Virus record (IMG/VR): IMGVR_UViG_3300017752_000004
Span: 9,135-73,134 of that record
Origin: a virus
Length of the DNA stretch: 64,000 nucleotides
Direction: 5' to 3' (one strand)
Shown piece by piece: positions 57,199-64,000 of this stretch. Within the stretch, counting starts at the first letter, position 1. Every line of letters begins with the position of its first letter. The notes under the pieces are model-generated. The model was not told the origin of the DNA. It searched no databases and saw only the letters and a list, made by a program, of their open reading frames with translations. The translations under genes were made by a program, and so were the position numbers.

Positions 57199-57866
57199 AA
57201 TATATCTTTTTCTTCTAAAATTTGCTTAGCCTTAACGTGAAATATTTTCTTTAAGTTTTTGATTTGCTTGTAACCAGCTGACCTTTTCTTTTCGTTTGTT
57301 TTAAACCCCAAATATTTAGCCACCTCTTCGTCGCTTTTATTTTGAACAAACAGCATTTTAAAAGCTTGAAAAAGTCTATCGTTTAAATGCGGCCTCATGG
57401 CGTTAGTTAGTTTTTTTGTAGCCTCTTCTAAATCTAAAAAAGTATCCTGCTTTGATTTCATTTCGCAATAATGATTTTCCATCGTAACAGCAAGTTTGAT
57501 ATCGTATGCTGACTTTTTCTTTTGTTCCCACTGTCTGTATTCCCCGCAACTGCTTTCCTGAATACCGCTTCTTGTTTTTGAGCATCCGTCACTGCCATTG
57601 TTAAATTCGCACCTCAAGCACGGACGCACAAAATTACCATAATGATTACGTAGTAAGTTTTTAAATTGATTAGATACAACCCTATTCAACCAAGGTTCTA
57701 CAGATTTAGACTGATCCCACAAATGCCATTTTTTATATATGTGAGCCATGATGATTTGTTTTATATCATCATAATCTATATAAGCTACGGCATCTAAATC
57801 CCATTTTGATCTTTTTCTTTCTAACGCAACTTCTATCTCTTGTATTTTATCTTCAAAGGAATGCAT
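57195..57866 (-). CDS. Sigma-factor-like protein with a Cys-cluster insertion
   Basis: DDIKQ..HIYKKW, PWLNRVVSNQFKN (region 2-like), CLRC..C..C, SDEEVAKYLG HTH. Confidence 0.7.
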   Translation of the reverse strand: MHSFEDKIQEIEVALERKRSKWDLDAVAYIDYDDIKQIIMAHIYKKWHLWDQSKSVEPWLNRVVSNQFKNLLRNHYGNFVRPCLRCEFNNGSDGCSKTRSGIQESSCGEYRQWEQKKKSAYDIKLAVTMENHYCEMKSKQDTFLDLEEATKKLTNAMRPHLNDRLFQAFKMLFVQNKSDEEVAKYLGFKTNEKKRSAGYKQIKNLKKIFHVKAKQILEEKDIL

Positions 57867-58180
57867 TATAGATCATCAATACTTTTCACACTATTGAGGC
57901 GACGCTTAGGGACTGATTTGCCGCCAAGAGAGCCAATTGTTTGTTGGGTACTAGATCCAAAATCTTCAATCTCATATTCTAACTTAGAGATGCTTGGTAT
58001 GTATTCTGAGTTGGTATAACCTTCTGAGTCTTCTGACGCTCTTGTCACAACAGGCTTTAAAGAAGGTTTTTGTTTTTTTACACCTTTAGCCCCTGTTTCT
58101 TGCCCGCAATGAGAGCAAAAATTAGGGGGGCTGAAAGAGTACTCTAGCTTACCTCCACAATGAAAACAAAATTTAGTCAT
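57866..58180 (-). CDS. Zinc-ribbon protein
   Basis: CFHCG...FCSHCG. Confidence 0.7.
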   Translation of the reverse strand: MTKFCFHCGGKLEYSFSPPNFCSHCGQETGAKGVKKQKPSLKPVVTRASEDSEGYTNSEYIPSISKLEYEIEDFGSSTQQTIGSLGGKSVPKRRLNSVKSIDDL

Positions 58181-58215
58181 ACCCTATGATACAATAAGAT
58201 ATTATTTTTTAAAAT

Positions 58216-58905
58216 TTATTTTTTTTCTAGTTTGGAAACTATAAATTTCAGTATTTCGCTTCTTTTGATGTCTTCAGTTCCAAGTCTTGTGGTGTGAATT
58301 CCATTGTCCTTGGATTCTTGATCATCGAAAGAGTCAAATATATTAGCGAATCCACTATTGCGAATATCACTCTGCATCATGTCGCCACAAATAATAATTT
58401 TCGAATCTTCTCCAATTCTTGTTAGGACTGTCATTAATTCGTTATGGCAAAAGTTCTGAGCTTCATCAATAATAACAATAGTGTCATTCCAATTAGACCC
58501 TCTAACAAAATTAACTGGGATGCAGTCAAATAAATTCTTCTCTTTTAGTGTTTTTACATCGGATGGATGCATCATTTCCTCTAGCTTGTCGTAAAATGGC
58601 CCAGCAAACACCCCAAACTTTTCTTCGATAGATCCAGGAAGAGAACCAAGGCCCTTTTGAGAGCTCTCAGCTATGCTCCTGATGTACAGAATTTCTTTTT
58701 CGAGGTTAGCGTCCATTAACAACTGCAAAGCCGAATAAACGGCCATGTAGGTTTTTGCAGTACCAGCTGGTCCAGCCAAAAACATGAGCTTCGTTTCTGG
58801 GTCTAGAGTTGTTTTTAAGAAATCGACCTGATTTTGAGTAAATTTAAATTTACGCTCCTTGAATCTTACTTTATGACTCAACTGTTTGAATTCTAAATTT
58901 GGCAT
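58216..58905 (-). CDS. phoH: PhoH-family ATPase
   Basis: GPAGTAKT, LGSLPG, RGS, IIDEAQN, TRIG, GDMMQSD, RS. Confidence 0.92.
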   Translation of the reverse strand: MPNLEFKQLSHKVRFKERKFKFTQNQVDFLKTTLDPETKLMFLAGPAGTAKTYMAVYSALQLLMDANLEKEILYIRSIAESSQKGLGSLPGSIEEKFGVFAGPFYDKLEEMMHPSDVKTLKEKNLFDCIPVNFVRGSNWNDTIVIIDEAQNFCHNELMTVLTRIGEDSKIIICGDMMQSDIRNSGFANIFDSFDDQESKDNGIHTTRLGTEDIKRSEILKFIVSKLEKK

Positions 58906-59028
58906 TCGATATATATTACACTTCAAAAACCTTCATGCTCTGCTAGATGCGTTAAAATACAAAAAATTTAAACTAAAGTATTTGAATATTAGCTGCAGAC
59001 AGACCTGCTTCTGTTATGCAGGCGAAGC

Positions 59029-59853
59029 TTAAGAGGGGTAGTTTGCGGCAATCCCTGTTGGTATATTTAAACCATATCCGACGTAATCTAAAGACACTTG
59101 AATAGTATCTGACGGCGCTGCGCTAATCTTTTGTGATTTTAAGCTAGCGTTTGGCACAGAAAAGCTATTTAAAACAACGCCATTATTATCGATCAAAGAA
59201 AAAGATACATCCCTATTAAATTCTTCGTTCTGCAGCAGTCCTGTCATATTTTCAAACTCCTGCTCTATCATTTCGATATCTGCTGAAGCTGAATACTTTA
59301 TAGGTGTGAGTATTTTAGATGACGAAGATTTCACTGAATCTATCTCATAAGTCGGCCTGGAGTCAAAGTCCACAGAGTAAGAGAATCTAGTGACCGCCGA
59401 TATAGTGTCGTCTAAATTAAAAACAATACTGGTCGGGTCAAAATTTTCTCCAGTATTATCCGTGTATGAAGAATTTAACCTCAACCCTGTGGCGGGCTTT
59501 AAATCCCCATAAATTTTCAAATCCACCGAGAGTGTTGGTATGTCTTGAGAAGCTAAAGAGATCTTATAGTTTGTGATCGTTGCTTGGTCAAAATTCAAAC
59601 CGCCCGTACCATAGATAAATTGCCCAGAAAGATTAGCGTACCCAGTCAGCTCCTGAATAAAATCTCTACCTATGCATTTTTTAGATATAGAGCATGAGGC
59701 TAAGCTAGCCTTGTTTATTTTTCTATTGATACCTCTGTTAGCTAATAACAACACAGCCTCTTCCTCTACTTGATAGTCAAATGAGACATTGGTAATCCCC
59801 GTCAACAGAGTGTCTTGTAAAATAATATTTGTTTCTTCCGAGCCGTTGAACAT
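59029..59853 (-). CDS. Tail-tube-like structural protein (third, more distant paralog)
   Basis: ITNVSFDY, ITNYKIS, IPTLSVDL vs IPTVSVSL in 44032; GTGTAA upstream. Confidence 0.5.
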   Translation of the reverse strand: MFNGSEETNIILQDTLLTGITNVSFDYQVEEEAVLLLANRGINRKINKASLASCSISKKCIGRDFIQELTGYANLSGQFIYGTGGLNFDQATITNYKISLASQDIPTLSVDLKIYGDLKPATGLRLNSSYTDNTGENFDPTSIVFNLDDTISAVTRFSYSVDFDSRPTYEIDSVKSSSSKILTPIKYSASADIEMIEQEFENMTGLLQNEEFNRDVSFSLIDNNGVVLNSFSVPNASLKSQKISAAPSDTIQVSLDYVGYGLNIPTGIAANYPS

Positions 59854-59990
59854 AATTTTCTTTACACTTTTTTGGTATTTTAGCTCTTAGATTTCTTTTT
59901 CTTTTTTTTATATTTTAAGTGTAACACATATCGCCCCCATTTAGCTTGATCGCGTGGAGTGCTTTTACTATATAGGTCGTACAAAATTTT

Positions 59991-60029
59991 GCCCCAAAGT
60001 CTAATATTATGTCTTTGGGGCTTTTTTTT
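59991..60029 (+). terminator. Intrinsic terminator
   Basis: GCCCCAAAG-N13-CTTTGGGGC followed by T8. Confidence 0.75.
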
Positions 60030-60047
60030 GTGTAAAAGAGGTTATCC

Positions 60048-60374
60048 ATGAGTATAAAAAACCCTCACCTTTTAGAGAAAGAAATACACGGAACATTTAA
60101 TTGGGATGTTAACACCGCACACTCTTTTAAAAATGAGATAGTTTCGCTGTTAGGCTCATACCCAATCAGCCAATCTCAAAACTTTCACATGCTCGTTCAT
60201 GTAGTTCAGGAGTTTAATAGGAAAGCGGATAAGTTTGGATTATTCTCAAGTATTATTGGCCCTATTGATGCTGGGTTTAGACCTCTGAGCCTCGATGATT
60301 TATTGCGCGACTTTTTGTTGCTTGAAAACAGTTCTCACCTACTTCAAGAAAATTCATCCAAAATAGAACTATAG
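60048..60374 (+). CDS. Hypothetical, probably virion-associated protein
   Basis: GTGTAA 12 nt upstream; C-terminal LLLENSSHLLQEN resembles the end of 29732..30862. Confidence 0.55.
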   Translation: MSIKNPHLLEKEIHGTFNWDVNTAHSFKNEIVSLLGSYPISQSQNFHMLVHVVQEFNRKADKFGLFSSIIGPIDAGFRPLSLDDLLRDFLLLENSSHLLQENSSKIEL

Positions 60375-60422
60375 GGAGTCTAGGTTTTTTTGAAAACAGA
60401 CCTGTCTGATGTAACATAAAAC

Positions 60423-60635
60423 ATGTGGAAATTCAGAATCAAAGAACAGACAACTCTATCAGGCAGTTCAACATTTTTTGTACAGAAAAGATTTTTTCTG
60501 TTGTTTTGGCGGGATCTTAAACACGCAACGATTAATAAAGGTGGTTATGCCTCAAAGAAAACCGCTGTTGGCAAATTAAAGCAAATCCCTCTTTTAAAAA
60601 CCAAAAAAATAAAATACCACAAGATTGCCGACTAA
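60423..60635 (+). CDS. Small basic hypothetical protein
   Basis: 70-aa ORF with ATG start. Confidence 0.5.
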   Translation: MWKFRIKEQTTLSGSSTFFVQKRFFLLFWRDLKHATINKGGYASKKTAVGKLKQIPLLKTKKIKYHKIAD

Positions 60636-60712
60636 CCCAAAGCCACCCTCAGAAATAACAGTTGATCATAATCAGGGGTAAAGACGTTTTTTTAAATAAA
60701 ATACATTTTCCC

Positions 60713-60740
60713 TTGACAATTGCATATATGTATGTAGTAT
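60713..60740 (+). promoter_or_regulatory. sigma70-type promoter
   Basis: TTGACA-N16-TAGTAT. Confidence 0.6.
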
Positions 60741-60747
60741 TCGTTGT

Positions 60748-60981
60748 ATGGTAATCGAAAGGATACGGCATTTGTTAGACGAGGAAGCTATTATACTTGA
60801 TGGTTTAGATGAAGCTGTAATGGGCCACACCCAAGATGGGCTGTTGGTTTATAATTATGAATTGATGCTTGATCTTTTTATGAAACAAAATAAATGGACT
60901 TGGTTTGAAGCTGAAGAGTGGGTTGATTTCAATGTTTTGGGGCTTCTGGGTAATGGTTCAGGTTTTATTGTTTGTTTTTGA
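60748..60981 (+). CDS. Conserved phage hypothetical protein
   Basis: LDGLDEAVMG...VY.Y...EAEEWVDFN pattern seen in aquatic phages (by recall). Confidence 0.6.
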   Translation: MVIERIRHLLDEEAIILDGLDEAVMGHTQDGLLVYNYELMLDLFMKQNKWTWFEAEEWVDFNVLGLLGNGSGFIVCF

Positions 60982-60990
60982 GTTTTGTGG

Positions 60991-61019
60991 TTGACATTTC
61001 TTTTTTGTATTTGTAGTAA
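60991..61019 (+). promoter_or_regulatory. sigma70-type promoter of the tRNA cluster
   Basis: TTGACA-N17-TAGTAA. Confidence 0.5.
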
Positions 61020-61048
61020 TGTTGTTGGTCTTTGATAGTTTATTTTTA

Positions 61049-61136
61049 GGAGGAATGGCTGAGCGGCTTAAGGCGGCTGACTTGAAATCAGTTGACGTGA
61101 AAGCGTCCGTGGGTTCAAATCCTACTTCCTCCGCCA
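61049..61136 (+). tRNA. tRNA-Ser(TGA)
   Basis: GGAGGAA/TTCCTCC acceptor, loop CTTGAAA, long variable arm, GTTCAAATC, G73 and CCA. Confidence 0.95.
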
Positions 61137-61138
61137 AA

Positions 61139-61321
61139 TTTGATTCATGCAGAAGTTCTATTAGCGAGAATGAAAGAAGGCACGGCATCATAGGGTTCGC
61201 GGCCTAAACGATGGTGAATGACCCGTGTCATACTGCAAGATTACCTGCTCTGTAAGCGCTTACATCAGGAGGCAATTAATTATTGTCTGTAAAAAATCAA
61301 CCATTTAATGGGTGAATCAAA
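61139..61321 (+). ncRNA. Candidate structured ncRNA, about 180 nt
   Basis: Closing stem TTTGATTCA/TGAATCAAA; nested TGCAG/CTGCA, GGCACGG/CCGTGTC, CATC/GATG, TAGG/CCTA. Confidence 0.55.
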
Positions 61322-61377
61322 ACTTTTAAAGTGTATAGCCCAGGGCGCACTATAAAGATACCTGGGCGCATTTTAAT

Positions 61378-61453
61378 GCTTCCTTAGCTCAGTTGGTAGA
61401 GCGCGAAATTTGTAATTTTGAAGTCGTCAGTTCGAATCTGACAGGAAGCTCCA
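61378..61453 (+). tRNA. tRNA-Thr(TGT)
   Basis: GCTTCCT/AGGAAGC acceptor, loop TTTGTAA, GTTCGAATC, CCA. Confidence 0.93.
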
Positions 61454-61458
61454 TTTTA

Positions 61459-61533
61459 TGCGAAGTAGTTCAGTGGTAGAACAGCGGTCTGTTAAACCGC
61501 CCGTCGCAGGTTCGATCCCTGCCTTCGCAGCCA
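61459..61533 (+). tRNA. tRNA-Asn(GTT)
   Basis: TGCGAAG/CTTCGCA acceptor, loop CTGTTAA, GTTCGATCC, G73 and CCA. Confidence 0.93.
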
Positions 61534-61716
61534 TTTTTAACAACTCTAATATTCTTAACCTGCCATGCCACTGATACAAGCACAAATGGGCGAAAAGTCT
61601 AAGAATCTGATCTACTCTTGGATTGGTATTTAGATCGAGTTTGTAATTCCTCTGCGACGGCGGGGGTTGATAATGAGGATAAGGATTGCGTAGCGGTCGA
61701 CTCCCTTGCACTTTAT

Positions 61717-61792
61717 GCATCCTTAGCTCAATCGGTAGAGCAGTTGACTTTTAATCAATTGGTTCTGGGTTCAAGTCCCAGAGGGTGTACCA
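61717..61792 (+). tRNA. tRNA-Lys(TTT)
   Basis: GCATCCT/AGGGTGT acceptor, loop CTTTTAA, GTTCAAGTC, CCA. Confidence 0.95.
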
Positions 61793-61814
61793 TTTTTATA
61801 TTTTTCGTATTTTG

Positions 61815-61842
61815 TTGACAAAGCCCCAAAATACCGTATATT
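61815..61842 (+). promoter_or_regulatory. sigma70-type promoter
   Basis: TTGACA-N16-TATATT upstream of tRNA-Arg. Confidence 0.55.
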
Positions 61843-61855
61843 GCTTATTATATAA

Positions 61856-61932
61856 GCTCCGATAGCTCAGACGGATAGAGCAACGGTTTTCTAAACCGTG
61901 GGTCGCAGGTTCAAGTCCTGCTCGGAGCACCA
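61856..61932 (+). tRNA. tRNA-Arg(TCT)
   Basis: GCTCCGA/TCGGAGC acceptor, loop TTTCTAA, GTTCAAGTC, CCA. Confidence 0.95.
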
Positions 61933-61954
61933 CTTTAAACAAAAATTCAAAATA

Positions 61955-62030
61955 GGACGCATAGCTTAATGGTTAAAGCAGCGGATTCATAATCCGTTGA
62001 GTCTGGGTTCAAGTCCCAGTGGGTCCACCA
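61955..62030 (+). tRNA. tRNA-CAT (elongator Met or Ile2)
   Basis: Loop TTCATAA, G1-C72 paired so not an initiator, one G-G mismatch in the acceptor stem, CCA. Confidence 0.88.
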
Positions 62031-62083
62031 ATTTAAAAAGACGAACTGCACAACAGTGATACTAAATCAAAAAAAGAAACAAT

Positions 62084-62599
62084 ATGAAAACGATCAAAAC
62101 TAGACAAATGGAGAAGGAGATGAGCGAGATCGGCGAGATCAGCGAGCTAAGAACTGCACTGAAGGTCATACACACTTGGACATCCTGCGATGAATGGAGT
62201 CGTCAGGAACGGACTGAGGCGATGAAAGACATACGCGAACACTCAAAAAAAGCACTCTTTTCCGCTGGAGAGAGGTCAAGTTCTGGAACTCCGACAAGAC
62301 ACAAACAAACCACGAATACAAAAGAAAACCCCGAACAGGGTTCTGCTGAAGCCCACCGACTTGTTTTGCGCGATGGGATTAGACCAGCCATCAAGTATTT
62401 GCAGGACTACATCAACACGTATGAGAAGCAGAGCGGGATTGATAACTATACCGTTGAAACGTTCGTGAACGACATAATCTACGGACTTGGAATGTCGCTC
62501 GATCCAGACGCTCACAAATGGGCAAAAGGTCACCTCGAATTTGAGGGAAAACTGCGGGAATTTCTTGATCAGAATACCGTTCAATCGCCCAGTAGATAA
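62084..62599 (+). CDS. Hypothetical protein, more GC-rich than its neighbours
   Basis: 171-aa ORF; no recognised motif. Confidence 0.55.
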   Translation: MKTIKTRQMEKEMSEIGEISELRTALKVIHTWTSCDEWSRQERTEAMKDIREHSKKALFSAGERSSSGTPTRHKQTTNTKENPEQGSAEAHRLVLRDGIRPAIKYLQDYINTYEKQSGIDNYTVETFVNDIIYGLGMSLDPDAHKWAKGHLEFEGKLREFLDQNTVQSPSR

Positions 62600-62607
62600 C
62601 ACATATT

Positions 62608-62820
62608 ATGAAACTAGCAACAGCAACATGGTGCGCTCCATGCAAAACATTAAAAGCCAGAATCGAAAGTTCTGGGGTAAAGGTCGAATTTAAAGATATG
62701 GATGTTGATCCCGATTTTTTTACTCAAAATAACATTCGCACAGTACCCACGCTGGTAACGGACGGCGGCGAACTTATTTTTGGGGCAAACGAAATCGCAC
62801 AGAAGTTGGGCTTAAATTGA
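62608..62820 (+). CDS. Glutaredoxin/thioredoxin-like protein
   Basis: WCAPC and TVPTL cis-Pro motif. Confidence 0.88.
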   Translation: MKLATATWCAPCKTLKARIESSGVKVEFKDMDVDPDFFTQNNIRTVPTLVTDGGELIFGANEIAQKLGLN

Positions 62821-63260
62821 TCGTGAGGTATAGAATGGGAGACCCACACCCCGACAAATCTTTAGTTTTTTATAAATATAGAGGTGAAAGGGAAAGGTGG
62901 GTCTCTCATGAGTGGTTGCGCGAACAAAGATTGAGGGCTAACAGGTCAAACCGCAGACACTACAACAAGGAAAAAGCATATTACATTGAGAAAGCACAAA
63001 TGAGAAAAGGAAGAACCAAAAACATCCTTCTTTCTGATTTTCATAAGAATGAAATTAAAAAAATATATGCCCGCGCCCAAGATAATCACGTTGACCACAT
63101 CTTTCCTTTGGTTCATTCGTTCTTTTGCGGTTTGCACGTACCTTGGAACCTGCAGCACCTTGGCGCAAGGGAAAATAGGTCTAAGGGTAATAGGATCGAA
63201 GACAAGTATTATAGTATTCTCGGAGACGAGACATTAAGGTTTGAGAAAAAGAGGTGGTGA
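62817..63260 (+). CDS. HNH endonuclease
   Basis: HVDHIFPL...CGLHVPWNLQHL...N..K.N. Confidence 0.88.
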   Translation: MIVRYRMGDPHPDKSLVFYKYRGERERWVSHEWLREQRLRANRSNRRHYNKEKAYYIEKAQMRKGRTKNILLSDFHKNEIKKIYARAQDNHVDHIFPLVHSFFCGLHVPWNLQHLGARENRSKGNRIEDKYYSILGDETLRFEKKRW

Positions 63261-63485
63261 TTTTTTTTATTTTTTTTATTTGCCCGCAAGAAAGAAGTAC
63301 GTCTGTTTTCTGAGAAAAGGGGGGTGCTTGCGCGGACGCTCCGCCGTTGTTTCCAATCGTGAAAATGTGTTTGGAGATTGAAGAAAGTCTCCCCCCCGCT
63401 TGTTCTGTGTTTTCTTAGGTTGTATTTTTTGACAATGGTAGGGGGGGTATCCTAGAAAAATATTTTATTTTTTTTCGGTTAGGGG

Positions 63486-63514
63486 TTGACTTGGTGACTT
63501 GCCGCCACTATACT
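63486..63514 (+). promoter_or_regulatory. Strong sigma70-type (early) promoter
   Basis: TTGACT-N17-TATACT with an upstream A/T tract. Confidence 0.7.
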
Positions 63515-63523
63515 TAAAGCATA

Positions 63524-63700
63524 ATGAAGGACACAGAAAAACTAATTGCCGACGCAGTCGATCACCTCACTTATTCTAGCTACATTCATAACCGTAAGCT
63601 TAGCCCTGAAATCGAACCCTCCAGCTGGGGATTGGTCTACGGTGCAAAAAAAGTTGAAATAATGGAAAAAAACTTCAAGAAAGCCTTGACAATCGCATAA
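63524..63700 (+). CDS. Small hypothetical early protein (58 aa)
   Basis: Manual translation MKDTEKLIADAVDHL...ALTIA*, directly after the promoter. Confidence 0.55.
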   Translation: MKDTEKLIADAVDHLTYSSYIHNRKLSPEIEPSSWGLVYGAKKVEIMEKNFKKALTIA

Positions 63701-63722
63701 AAATAAATACACTATAAACATA

Positions 63723-63863
63723 ATGACAAACGAAAAACTACAAGACCTATCGCGCGAATACTGGAATGCTATTGACCTTCAAGATTATGAATGGGCTGAC
63801 TTTATAGATTCATGCTTGGACTTTCAAGGCATGAAGCGCCTCCCTCTCGATCAAATCAAATAA
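63723..63863 (+). CDS. Small hypothetical early protein (46 aa)
   Basis: MTNEKLQDLSREYWN...QIK*; preceded by TTGACA-N16-TACACT (63686-63713). Confidence 0.5.
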   Translation: MTNEKLQDLSREYWNAIDLQDYEWADFIDSCLDFQGMKRLPLDQIK

Positions 63864-63877
63864 CCGTTAGAAAAATC

Positions 63878-64000
63878 ATGACAAATCAAAAAAGAGAAGA
63901 ACTCGCCTACGAACTCCGCCACGAAGAACCAGCTGCTACAGCTTCGCGCTACTATCGCGAAGAGCGTGCAGCCTCTTTAGATCGCCGCTTGGATGAGCTA
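63878..64000 (+). CDS. Hypothetical protein, truncated at the window edge
   Basis: MTNQKREELAYELRHEE..., open to the end. Confidence 0.45.
   Translation, partial: MTNQKREELAYELRHEEPAATASRYYREERAASLDRRLDEL

Noticed and set aside
61049-61136. tRNA with TGA as a stop suppressor or sign of recoding
   Set aside because: Anticodon TGA reads Ser UCA. Genes are intact in the standard code and use all three stops.
60958-61818. ORFs 60958..61191, 61019..61207, 61427..61720 and 61618..61818
   Set aside because: They overlap clear tRNA genes.
62084-62693. Several overlapping ORFs on both strands
   Set aside because: Locally higher GC reduces stop codons; only 62084..62599 and the glutaredoxin fit the operon.
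1-64000. Bacterial chromosome, prophage or eukaryotic giant virus
   Set aside because: Host-like genes are interleaved with terminase, portal, capsid and tape measure genes. No integrase or att site is seen, and sigma70 promoters, intrinsic terminators and DnaE indicate a bacteriophage.

Overview
The whole window is part of a large, AT-rich, tailed dsDNA bacteriophage genome in the standard genetic code. No integrase or bacterial housekeeping block is seen. It contains: (i) glycosyltransferases plus a GDP-perosamine-type pathway (intein-containing Gmd, DegT/Per aminotransferase, GNAT acetyltransferase, SemiSWEET); (ii) a bacterial-type replisome (DnaE split into PHP, DEDDh and core genes, DnaG, DnaB, RecA, SSB, Whirly-like protein); (iii) nucleotide metabolism (ThyX, NrdA/NrdB, dNMP kinase, glutaredoxin); (iv) two sigma-like factors, a one-ring Clp ATPase, Hsp20 and PhoH; (v) a morphogenesis module (intein-containing TerL, portal, protease/scaffold, capsid, neck, three tail-tube paralogs, tape measure, and a tail protein with about 29 LRRs); (vi) six tRNAs interleaved with candidate structured ncRNAs; (vii) the start of a probable early region. 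Main highlights: a GTGTAA-N8-10-ATG motif before many genes; Ser/Thr-Gly enrichment in tail and neck proteins but not the capsid protein, which with the sugar pathway suggests virion glycosylation; a tape measure with IPNFA-delimited cargo cassettes; mosaic LRR shuffling; a Whirly-like protein; and a sigma54 promoter on hsp20. All protein family calls come from motif recognition, with no database search.
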